From NCBI GenBank assembly GCA_045863295.1, contig BTWA01000002.1, forward strand, positions 134,499 to 198,498: a stretch of 64,000 nucleotides of DNA, given 5' to 3'. Positions within the stretch are counted from its first letter, which is position 1. Each line of letters starts with the position of its first letter. The DNA is from Candidatus Hydrogenedentota bacterium. GTDB lineage: Bacteria; Hydrogenedentota; Hydrogenedentia; Hydrogenedentales; SLHB01. Position numbers and translations under genes: made by a program. Shown here one piece after another: positions 38,921 to 47,898 of the stretch. Under the pieces are notes generated by a model, which saw nothing but the letters and a program-made list of their open reading frames with translations, searched no databases and was not told the DNA's origin.

Positions 38921-41512
38921 ATGCGAGACGCGCGCGGACTCTCGGACGGCACGAAGATCGCCCTTATCCTCGGGTTTGCCGCCGTTGTCGTGATTGGCGG
39001 AACGCTGGCCAGCCGCCCGTCAATCGCCCCGCAACCGGCTCAGGGTGCGGATGCGCCCACAACCCAAAAAGCACAGGGCGAAAATGTTCCAGTTCCACCT
39101 GCCGACGAAAACGCAACCGCCGATTCCGCAGCCAAGCAAGAGCAAGCCGGCCCAGCGACACACCCCGCCGCCGCCTCGCCGGTAACGACGCAATTGGCTT
39201 CCGTGGAACCCACAACCGTTCGGATTTCCGCCGACGTTGTCGTGAAGAATGCGACTAGATTGGGGATCAATCTTGGCGCTCCTGAACCGTACGGCGCGGG
39301 CAACTTTCTCAAAAACCTGATACACAACCCCGGATTCGAATCGGGCATCTTTCGCAGCATGATGCACGCGGACGAAGGTTCCACCGCGGATCGTGTTCCC
39401 CAAGCCTTTTGGACCACCGAATGGAATGTCGAGGAGTGGGGGATCGGCCAGAATCCGGGATTCTGGAATGGCGCGGCGATCGAGTTTTTGTTCGGATCCG
39501 CGAAAGGCCGGCAGGGCACGGTACGTGACTACCGGCACGAAGGTACGCAGCACGTCTTCTATGTGGATCCCAGCGGACCCGCCCCAAAGCAATGGGACGT
39601 CTTTGTCGTTCGCAAGGAATTGGAGGGTTTACCCGGCGCCTATGCCATGAATCCTGCGATTGCCGCGCCGGGTGAGACGCGTCCGGGCAGCCCGGGAAAG
39701 CAATCGTTGTATCTGCAGAATCCCGCCGGTGAAGGATCGTCCGATTGGCGCTACTTCATGGACAGCACCTACCGGGACGATGATCCGTCTGCGGGGAAGC
39801 TCTATCTTGTGGAAGGACCATGGCGGCTCAGTTTCTGGGCCAAGGGCGGCAACGATGGCGACGCGTTGGCCGTCGATTTTTCCCGCGAGGGCGAGGCGCA
39901 ATTCTTCAGCCAGACAGTGGCGATGACCGGCGAATGGAAAGAGTATTCGTTTGAATTCGACGTGCCAAAGGGACAGGACGCGTTACGCGCATACGGCGAT
40001 TCCTACAAGCCTATCCTGACGTTTCAATTCGCCCTGTGGGATGAAGGCGCCAAGGCGTGGATCGACGATGTGGTCTTGTCCCGGCGCGATCACACCAATC
40101 CAACCGAATTCGCCGACACGCTGGTCAACACGCTCAAAGCGATACATCCAGGCATCGTGCGCAAATGGGCGGGGCAACTGGGGAATTCGCTGGACAACGA
40201 GTTGGCGGAACCGTTTGCGCGCAAGACCTACGAACACAATCCCCGTGGCCGCCGTGCGGGCAACTACGGATACTCCTTGCACGAGTTCTTGCGGCTCTGC
40301 CAGTTGCTGAACGCCGACCCATGGTATGTGGTGCCGCCCACGTTCACCTCCAAAGAATGCGCCCAACTGATCGAGTATCTCGCGGCGCCATCCGGTTCGG
40401 GCGCAGCCTATGCGGAAAAACGCGCCGCGTTGGGACAGACCGAACCGTGGACCTCGGTCTTCCACACCATTCATCTGGAATTTGGCAATGAAATGTGGGG
40501 AGAAGCAACCCCCAACGATCCGTTCTACGGCGGTTCCGCCATGGGCGGCGAACGATTGGCCCACATGGCCTCGGATCGTTTTGCTTTGATGAAGGCGTCG
40601 CCCTTTTATGATGGAGATAAGTTTGACTGCATCATTGGTGGACAGGCCTCGTGGCCAGGACGACAGGAAGAGATAGATCGCAATTCCGAACACCATGATT
40701 CCATTGCCATTGCCCCCTACTTCGGCGGATTGGAGACGTTCAAATCCAGAGACGAGATTTATCCGCCACTGTTCGCTTATCCAACGTATGCCTCGACGTT
40801 GGGGCCCGTGCGAGGCGCTGCAGACGCGTTAAACGCCACAGGCAAGGGTACGAATCTCGCCGTGTACGAAATCAATTACCATACAACCGGCGGTCCCGCA
40901 CCCGAGGAAATGCGCAACCGCTTCGTGGCAGGCGCGTCCGGCGCGATTGCCTTGCCGTTGCATATGCTCTTGTTTCAGCGCGATCACGGCGCCCGAGCTC
41001 AATGCGCATTTACACTCAATCAGTATTCGTTTGCCATAGGCGATCTGGGCCACGTACGCATCTGGGGAGTCGTCCGGGACTTGTTCGCTACAGGCCGAGT
41101 GCGGCCCACCGGTCTCGGGTTGTCCTTGGCCAATGCCGCCATTCAGGGCGATATGGTGCGCACGTCGCACCAGGGACAGAATCCGGGATGGGTACAGAAA
41201 CCCATCAATGGCATCGAAAAGCCCACGACTGTTCCCTTCATTCATTCGTTTGCATTTCGTTCGGAACGCAGTCAGAGCCTGATTCTCTTCAATGTGAGCA
41301 TGGATCGCGAAGTGCCCGTGATCGTCCAGCCGGACGAACCTTCGGCGCCGAAAGCCACGTTATCGCAGATCAGACCTGAAGACATCGATACGTGGAACGA
41401 AGACGACGCACTCGTGCGTGTGGAGACGATTGAGATCGCTGATTTTGCCGAGGGCTACGGCGTGACATTGCCGCCGCATTCCATGTCGGTATTGACATGG
41501 CAAAGCTTGTAA
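38921..41512 (+). CDS. Membrane-anchored clan GH-A glycoside-hydrolase-like protein (GH51/79-like)
   Basis: N-terminal TM, NPGFE CBM-like module, LEFGNEMW (acid/base), VYEIN (nucleophile), C-terminal TLPPHS. Confidence 0.75.
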   Translation: MRDARGLSDGTKIALILGFAAVVVIGGTLASRPSIAPQPAQGADAPTTQKAQGENVPVPPADENATADSAAKQEQAGPATHPAAASPVTTQLASVEPTTVRISADVVVKNATRLGINLGAPEPYGAGNFLKNLIHNPGFESGIFRSMMHADEGSTADRVPQAFWTTEWNVEEWGIGQNPGFWNGAAIEFLFGSAKGRQGTVRDYRHEGTQHVFYVDPSGPAPKQWDVFVVRKELEGLPGAYAMNPAIAAPGETRPGSPGKQSLYLQNPAGEGSSDWRYFMDSTYRDDDPSAGKLYLVEGPWRLSFWAKGGNDGDALAVDFSREGEAQFFSQTVAMTGEWKEYSFEFDVPKGQDALRAYGDSYKPILTFQFALWDEGAKAWIDDVVLSRRDHTNPTEFADTLVNTLKAIHPGIVRKWAGQLGNSLDNELAEPFARKTYEHNPRGRRAGNYGYSLHEFLRLCQLLNADPWYVVPPTFTSKECAQLIEYLAAPSGSGAAYAEKRAALGQTEPWTSVFHTIHLEFGNEMWGEATPNDPFYGGSAMGGERLAHMASDRFALMKASPFYDGDKFDCIIGGQASWPGRQEEIDRNSEHHDSIAIAPYFGGLETFKSRDEIYPPLFAYPTYASTLGPVRGAADALNATGKGTNLAVYEINYHTTGGPAPEEMRNRFVAGASGAIALPLHMLLFQRDHGARAQCAFTLNQYSFAIGDLGHVRIWGVVRDLFATGRVRPTGLGLSLANAAIQGDMVRTSHQGQNPGWVQKPINGIEKPTTVPFIHSFAFRSERSQSLILFNVSMDREVPVIVQPDEPSAPKATLSQIRPEDIDTWNEDDALVRVETIEIADFAEGYGVTLPPHSMSVLTWQSL

Positions 41513-41515
41513 GCA

Positions 41516-41746
41516 ATGAAGGACCATCAAGACAATGAATTTGACCGGCGTCGCGGATTGCTTCACGGCGATCTCAACGGTTCGGATTTGGAGGCGTTTC
41601 GATTCGTGAAAAGCTGGCATCGATTGCCGCTCTTCCAGGAGGCGTTGTGGTACAAAGGCGTCAACGCCGGCGAGGCCATTGAACACTCGATCTTGGAGCG
41701 TATCGCCGGAATTCTCGGTCGCGATCATTCCGGAGAGCCCGATTGA
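41516..41746 (+). CDS. Small hypothetical protein (76 aa)
   Basis: Fills the gap between two co-oriented genes; TTGA overlap with the next ORF. Confidence 0.5.
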   Translation: MKDHQDNEFDRRRGLLHGDLNGSDLEAFRFVKSWHRLPLFQEALWYKGVNAGEAIEHSILERIAGILGRDHSGEPD

Positions 41747-43923
41747 GGCGCGCTGTGATCATCGGCATGATGCGCATGCGCGGCGGCGAACGGGTCGCCC
41801 GCGCGCTCATCGAACGCGCAGACGTCGACATCATCGCACTCGAACCCACCGGTTCCACGTTGCGCGAAGCCGGAATTCCATTCATACCCTACGACACCCT
41901 TGTGACGCCGGACGTGGCGCGCCGCGCCCAGTTTCAGATAGTGCCCCGCGCCGACACCCTTATGAAAGGAATTGTCGACCCGGCGTTTCGGAACAACTAT
42001 CCAGCCTTGTCCGACACCGCCTGGCTTCAAATCCAGGAAGTGCTGGCAGAGGCGGTCCGAAATGATTTGCTGGCCATCACAACGATGGTAGAAGCACTGC
42101 GCCATGCGGCTCGACATTGGAACCTGGCGCTGGCCGTGCTCTCAGAAGACGCAGTTCGTGAATCTCGAGTCATCGCGGAGACGTTGCGCCGCCTCGGCAT
42201 TCCGTCACTTCAGATTCAGCACGGGGTTCCCTGCGGATCGCTGATTACGCATACCGGCGTTCACACCACGCACGTGGCCGCATTTACACACGCGGCAAAA
42301 GACATGTTTTGTGCGCTTGGCGCAAATCCCGAATGCGTGCATGTAACTGGCAATCCGGCATGGGACCCCTACTTCATGCCGTGCGATCGCGTAGAACGCG
42401 TGCAGGCGTGTGCCCGCATGAATCTCGATCCCCAGCGCCCCATCCTTACCTACGCTTTCACGCAAAGCAGCACTTGGACCCGTCTGAATGCGGCGTTTCC
42501 CAATCACCACGTGGATCTCTCGGAAGCCGTCTGCAATGCCATGGTTGCGGTTTCGAGCCGGCATCCTGATTGGCAATTCCTGCTCCGGCCACGGCAGCGC
42601 GAAGACGAGATACGACGCGCGCAGCACATGGCGAACGCAGCCCGCGAGCGATGCAAGACGAACGTGCAGTGCGATATCGCACCCGTCGCGGATACGCTCG
42701 CGGTCACCGACGTGATGCTGTGCACGCATTCGAACATCGGTATCGAGACCATTGCCCGGGGTAAGCCGGTTATCAATGTGGATATCGAGGACTTGGGGTC
42801 AGCCGTCTATCGCCAGGGAATCGGTCCCCTGTTTCAAGAAGACGACGGCGTGTTGCACGCGGGCTCGGAATCCGAAATTGAATCGTGCATGGAGAAAGCG
42901 ATTGTGGACGAAGCCACCCGCGCCTCACTCCAAGGCCGGCGCGAGGACACGCTCAAGCGCTTCAATACCTACACCGACGGCAAATCCACGCAGCGGGTAG
43001 TTGACGTCATCTTGACCATCCTGAATTCGAAGTCATCGCGTCCTTCCGCGGTGAGCAGGTATCCCGGTGTGGAGCACGCCTTGATTCGAGTGCTACCAAC
43101 GCAATGCGACCGGGTGTGCGTAACCGGACGCGCCCACCAGGAATTGGCCCTTGCGTTGAAACGGGATCGGCCGGGTACTACCGTCTGCGTACACGAATCC
43201 AATTGCGATGCCGCTGATTTTCCGTGCGTCATTCACGGTGACCCAATTCCGTTGGGTGACGAAGGTGCCGATTGGATGCGGCAGCTGAGATCCATACTGG
43301 CGGAGGATGGATTGCTGATCGCCTGGTTTCGGTCTGGCGTCTCGGAAGAGGCGCAATCCACGTTTGAGGAGGGTCAGTGGGTTCTCCCGATCAGGCAATA
43401 CGACCCGCCGACGGAATTGGGTGGCCATTCCGTAGATAGCGTCGCAGCGTTGCTGGGAAGAGGGGGATTTGCGCCGGAATCCCTGGTTCCTTTTGGGTGG
43501 CGGGATTCAAGCCTTGCCGACGCTCCGACATGCGATGGGTGGGTCGTGACGTCGAGACCGGGAATCCGGGATCGCGGTCGTCTTGCGCACGATGAGCAAC
43601 GGGCCAGACATCGGGCTCTGCTCCGGAACCGCGCAGGCGAGGATCACTTCGCCCATGGCCGGTTCGAAGAGGCCGCACAAGCCTTTGAGCAAGCAGCCTC
43701 CTCCGGCGGCGAGGCGCGCTATCTAAACAATCTGGGCGTCGCATTACACGCACTGGGCCGCCTCGAGCCAGCATGGGACGCATTCGTATGCGCGCTGCAC
43801 GAAGACCCCGAGTACGGTGAAGCCCGGGAAAACTTGACATCGCTGGCGGCCGAATTGGACCGCTCGGCCGAGGCCGGCGAACTGTTAAGCCTCTTCCCAC
43901 TGGATCGCGGCCGCTTCCTTTGA
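41743..43923 (+). CDS. GT-B fold capsule/surface-polysaccharide biosynthesis protein with C-terminal TPR
   Basis: QIQHG, VTGNPAWD, SNIGIET..GKPVI, DGKSTQRV; TPR NNLGV. Confidence 0.7.
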   Translation: MRRAVIIGMMRMRGGERVARALIERADVDIIALEPTGSTLREAGIPFIPYDTLVTPDVARRAQFQIVPRADTLMKGIVDPAFRNNYPALSDTAWLQIQEVLAEAVRNDLLAITTMVEALRHAARHWNLALAVLSEDAVRESRVIAETLRRLGIPSLQIQHGVPCGSLITHTGVHTTHVAAFTHAAKDMFCALGANPECVHVTGNPAWDPYFMPCDRVERVQACARMNLDPQRPILTYAFTQSSTWTRLNAAFPNHHVDLSEAVCNAMVAVSSRHPDWQFLLRPRQREDEIRRAQHMANAARERCKTNVQCDIAPVADTLAVTDVMLCTHSNIGIETIARGKPVINVDIEDLGSAVYRQGIGPLFQEDDGVLHAGSESEIESCMEKAIVDEATRASLQGRREDTLKRFNTYTDGKSTQRVVDVILTILNSKSSRPSAVSRYPGVEHALIRVLPTQCDRVCVTGRAHQELALALKRDRPGTTVCVHESNCDAADFPCVIHGDPIPLGDEGADWMRQLRSILAEDGLLIAWFRSGVSEEAQSTFEEGQWVLPIRQYDPPTELGGHSVDSVAALLGRGGFAPESLVPFGWRDSSLADAPTCDGWVVTSRPGIRDRGRLAHDEQRARHRALLRNRAGEDHFAHGRFEEAAQAFEQAASSGGEARYLNNLGVALHALGRLEPAWDAFVCALHEDPEYGEARENLTSLAAELDRSAEAGELLSLFPLDRGRFL

Positions 43924-43956
43924 AGACCATGCGAAACGCGGGCTATACTTCCACGT

Positions 43957-44958
43957 ATGCATCCATCCATTAATCCCGTCAGCGATTCCGGTGTGTTCGA
44001 CCTGTCCGTCGTTATCCCTGTTTATAACGAGGAAGAGAGTTTGTACGAACTTCGCGACGAACTCTTTCCCGTGCTTCAGTCGCTCGGCAAATCGTATGAA
44101 ATCGTGTTCGTCGACGATGGCAGCACCGATCGATCCGCGGAAATCCTGCGAGAGTTTTTCGAGGCCAATACCTTTGTGAGGGTGGTTACGTTCGTACGCA
44201 ATTTCGGCCAGCAGATGAGTTACACGGCCGGACTTCGATATACGCGAGGCCAGAGCGTCATCTTGATGGATGCCGATCTGCAATCCCCCGCGTGCCACAT
44301 TCCCGATGTGCTTGCCAAACTGAACGAAGGGTTCGACGTTGTTTACGGCCGCCGGGAAAAACTGATCGGCCCGCTCTACCGCAGGCTCGGCACGCGCTTG
44401 GCCAGCTTCCTCATCCGGCGATTGACCGGATTGAATATCCCCGACAGCGCAAGCGGCTTCCTGGGCTTGAGCCGAAGATTGGTGGTCAACGTAAACAAAT
44501 ACGACGAACGAGCGCGGTATCTGAACGGCCTCTTTGCTTATCTCGCCTACGGCCGCAGCGCCTCCGTACCCGTGACGCGGCGCGAACGCAAATACGGCGA
44601 ATCCAAATACAATTTCTTCAAGCTCGCTGCCATTGTGCTGACCTTTATTGCCCGGTTCTCTAACCGGCCCCTGCATCTGGCTTTGTGGGCATCCGGCCTG
44701 ATAGGCGCCCTGGCAGTCATCGCGCTTGTGGTCGCGGCGGCACTGGCAGGAACCGGCAGGCTGGATTCCGCCGCTGTGGCGTTCGTGGCGTCGCTCGTGC
44801 TGGGGGGTAACGGCATCGTGCTGGCGGTTCTGGGCATCATGGGTGACTATATTGGCCGGATCTATGGGGAAGTGCGCCAGCAACCCCCATTTCTCATTGC
44901 GGAAGTCCTCGATCGGGAACCCATGGAGCCATTCGCCCGCTGGTCTGGAAACCCTTGA
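43957..44958 (+). CDS. GT2 polyprenol-phosphate glycosyltransferase (ArnC/GtrB-like)
   Basis: SVVIPVYNEE, VDDGSTD, RNFGQ, MDADLQ, GESKY, two C-terminal TMs, YIGRIY. Confidence 0.92.
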   Translation: MHPSINPVSDSGVFDLSVVIPVYNEEESLYELRDELFPVLQSLGKSYEIVFVDDGSTDRSAEILREFFEANTFVRVVTFVRNFGQQMSYTAGLRYTRGQSVILMDADLQSPACHIPDVLAKLNEGFDVVYGRREKLIGPLYRRLGTRLASFLIRRLTGLNIPDSASGFLGLSRRLVVNVNKYDERARYLNGLFAYLAYGRSASVPVTRRERKYGESKYNFFKLAAIVLTFIARFSNRPLHLALWASGLIGALAVIALVVAAALAGTGRLDSAAVAFVASLVLGGNGIVLAVLGIMGDYIGRIYGEVRQQPPFLIAEVLDREPMEPFARWSGNP

Positions 44959-45236
44959 GGCCTCTCCAGGATCAAAAATCAATAAATACCATGTCGAATT
45001 CTCCGCATACCCTGCACGGTTTGCTTTTTTAGGGTATACTCCTTCCGTGGGCTCCAATCCGGCCCACTGTGTCCGAACGTCGAGAACAATGTCGGGCCGT
45101 AAGTATCCGCGGAGGCACATGTTGGACGAGACGAGAATCACCGATGCGTGCAAGGCGTCCCACGAACAGGCGTTCTGTACCCGTTCGAACTGGCGCCACT
45201 ATCTGCCCGTGGGGAACGAATCGTTTGAGAACTTCG

Positions 45237-47213
45237 ATGCACGCTGATCCGTTCCAGGGCCAGGACCGCAGGCCGCGAGTACTGTTCGTTAATGACGACG
45301 AAACCGCGCAAGCCCGTTTAGTCACGGCGCTGGAGAATCCCTCCTCTGCCGGGCCCGACGCCTCAGTGTTGTATCGGGTAGAGGCAGCCTATTGCGGCCA
45401 ACAGGGGCGGGACATGGTGAGGGAGTCCGTTCGATCCGGTGACCCATTTGCCTTGGCCTTCATCCGCCGCCATGTCCGATCAGGATGGGACGGCGTGGAA
45501 ACGGCGCTGCATTTGTGGCAGGACGATCCGGACCTCCCCGTGGCACTGTGCATGGACGGCGAATGCAAGGATAGTAGCGAACTCACGCGCTGTCTGGGAT
45601 CGTCCGGAAAGTGGATTGCCATCGGCGATCCCGCAAGCCATGTGCATATCCGCCAATTGACAGGCATGATCGCGCGTCAATCCGGCCCGACCGTGCCGGC
45701 CTCGCCCAATAAATTCCACTCGTGGATCGACCATCTCGAAGACGTGGTCTGGACGATGGATTCGGATCTTACGATCTCATACATCAGCCCATCCGTTGAG
45801 ACTGTAACGGGACGCCCGTGCGAATCGTTGATCGGCACATCCTTCACCGAATTGCTGGCTCCACAGACCCGCGAGGACATGGTGGAGGTGCTGAAACAAC
45901 TTTCTGTCGCCCCAACCGATTCTGCAACGAGCAATGCAACCCGAACACTCGTCTTGGAACTGTCCCGCGATGGCAACTCCGTATGGGTGGAAGCGAAAGT
46001 CACACACATTGCCGGTGTCTCCGGCAGCGGGGGGATGACAGTAGGGATAGCGAGAGACATCACGGACCGGCGCAAGCTGGAGGAACGGCTGGCGCAGGTG
46101 CGCAAGATGGAAGCCATCAGCCGTTTGGCCGGCGGCATCGCGCATGACTTTAACAACCTGTTGACCACCGTCATTGGCGGGTGTGATATGGCGTTGAGAA
46201 ATGTTCCGCAGGGAAGCCCTCTGCAAGCCGACTTGGAAGATATTCGAAAGGCGGGAGTACAGGCGGCCACCATGACCCGGCAATTGCTGGCATTTGGCCG
46301 CCGTCAAATGCTTCAGCCAAGCGCACTGTGCGTTAATCGTGTCATCGGCGATTTGGAGCGCATGTTGAAGCGAGTTCTGGGCGATCGCATTGAGTTGGTT
46401 CTGCACTTGGACGACGACATTGCCAACGTATACGCCGATCCCGGACAAATGGGCAATGTTGTTATGAATCTTGCCGTGAATGCGCGCGATGCGATGCCTT
46501 CGGGTGGACGCCTGACCATTGCAACCGAGAACGTCCGCTTCTCAGAGGACTTTGTCTTGGGCTCGGAAACCCTCACCGCCGGAACCTACGTCATGGTGAG
46601 GATAACGGACAACGGCATTGGAATGGACGGCGCAACGTTGTCGCGGATATTTGAACCGTTCTACTCGACGAAAGAGGCGAGCGTGGGCGCCGGCCTGGGG
46701 CTGGCGGTAGTGTACGGAACGGTCCGCCAGAGTGGGGGCGGATTAGACGTGTGCAGTTCGCCCGGAAGAGGCACTACGTTCAGGCTGTATTTCCCGGTAA
46801 TGCACGATGAGTCGGACGACGCGGTGCCGGTCCATCCGGACCTGCCCGACGGCAAGACGGTGCTTGTCGTGGAAGATGAACCGGCTGTGCGCCAATTGGT
46901 CTGCCGGATATTGCGTCACAAAGGGTATCGCGTGCTCCAGGCCAGCCATGGCGTCGAAGCCATGGAAGTGGCCACGGAATACGAAGGTACGATTCATCTC
47001 CTGGTGACGGATGCCATCATGCCGCATATGAATGGCAGCGAACTGATTCAGAAAATGGCGGCCGTGCGCCCAGATACCCGCATGCTCGTGATGTCCGGGT
47101 ACGTGCGTGATCTCACAGGCATCCACGGATCCCGGGCCAACGCCGTTCCGTTTTTGCAGAAGCCATTCTCCAGCCGCGACCTGTTGGAGGCCATCAAGCC
47201 GCTCTTGCGTTGA
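45237..47213 (+). CDS. Hybrid sensor histidine kinase (REC-like - PAS - HisKA - HATPase - REC; CckA-like)
   Basis: AGGIAHDFNN, NARDAM, DNGIGM, FEPFYSTK, GLGL; C-terminal VVEDE..TDAIMP..KPF. Confidence 0.92.
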   Translation: MHADPFQGQDRRPRVLFVNDDETAQARLVTALENPSSAGPDASVLYRVEAAYCGQQGRDMVRESVRSGDPFALAFIRRHVRSGWDGVETALHLWQDDPDLPVALCMDGECKDSSELTRCLGSSGKWIAIGDPASHVHIRQLTGMIARQSGPTVPASPNKFHSWIDHLEDVVWTMDSDLTISYISPSVETVTGRPCESLIGTSFTELLAPQTREDMVEVLKQLSVAPTDSATSNATRTLVLELSRDGNSVWVEAKVTHIAGVSGSGGMTVGIARDITDRRKLEERLAQVRKMEAISRLAGGIAHDFNNLLTTVIGGCDMALRNVPQGSPLQADLEDIRKAGVQAATMTRQLLAFGRRQMLQPSALCVNRVIGDLERMLKRVLGDRIELVLHLDDDIANVYADPGQMGNVVMNLAVNARDAMPSGGRLTIATENVRFSEDFVLGSETLTAGTYVMVRITDNGIGMDGATLSRIFEPFYSTKEASVGAGLGLAVVYGTVRQSGGGLDVCSSPGRGTTFRLYFPVMHDESDDAVPVHPDLPDGKTVLVVEDEPAVRQLVCRILRHKGYRVLQASHGVEAMEVATEYEGTIHLLVTDAIMPHMNGSELIQKMAAVRPDTRMLVMSGYVRDLTGIHGSRANAVPFLQKPFSSRDLLEAIKPLLR

Positions 47214-47222
47214 GTGACGCGA

Positions 47223-47894
47223 TCAGTGCCGGGCCTTGTCCTTGGCTGGTATCCCGTCCAGAGGCCACAATGTCAGATTTCTGAATTCGATGGGCGTGCC
47301 TTCGCTTTGAAAACCAATATAACCTTCGGCAACAGTGCACTCCGTGGCGGCATTTTGTTCCTGACCATTGATGCGTACCCGGATCGTGTTGTCTTCGCAA
47401 ACAATTTCGTATTCGTTCCATTCGCCAATCGGCTTTTCGTTATGCGGCCGCTTCTTAATCACCCTGCGATCGTTGGGATCGGTGTGTTCTTTGAACTCCG
47501 CCTCGCCGATGACAAACATATCGCCCGCATGCTCTGACTGGAGTTGCGTTTCATACCCTTCGGGCCACACTTCGTCTTTGTCCCGTAGGTGCAGCAACAC
47601 ACCGCTGTTTCCGCCTTGCTCCGGCCAACGCCATTCGAACGTCAACCGGTAGTCGGCATACTTTTGAGTCGTGCGGATGTAACCGTGCGGCACGCCGCTA
47701 GTCCGCAATACGCCATCTTGTACAACCCAGACGCCGCCCGGATCTATGTTGGCATCGGGTATGAAAACAAACCAACCCGCGAGATCCCTGCCGTTGAACA
47801 ACTCGATCGGAACCTGCACGTCGTCGGTCCATCCAGGCAACACGAACGCCAGCAACAGGCCCCATCGTATTCTTTGCATGATGCAATTCAACAT
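47223..47894 (-). CDS. DUF1080 / 3-keto-disaccharide hydrolase family protein
   Basis: LFNGRDLAGW, NSGV, YETQL, GEWN, GYIGFQSEG..FRN. Confidence 0.88.
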   Translation of the reverse strand: MLNCIMQRIRWGLLLAFVLPGWTDDVQVPIELFNGRDLAGWFVFIPDANIDPGGVWVVQDGVLRTSGVPHGYIRTTQKYADYRLTFEWRWPEQGGNSGVLLHLRDKDEVWPEGYETQLQSEHAGDMFVIGEAEFKEHTDPNDRRVIKKRPHNEKPIGEWNEYEIVCEDNTIRVRINGQEQNAATECTVAEGYIGFQSEGTPIEFRNLTLWPLDGIPAKDKARH

Positions 47895-47898
47895 GATT

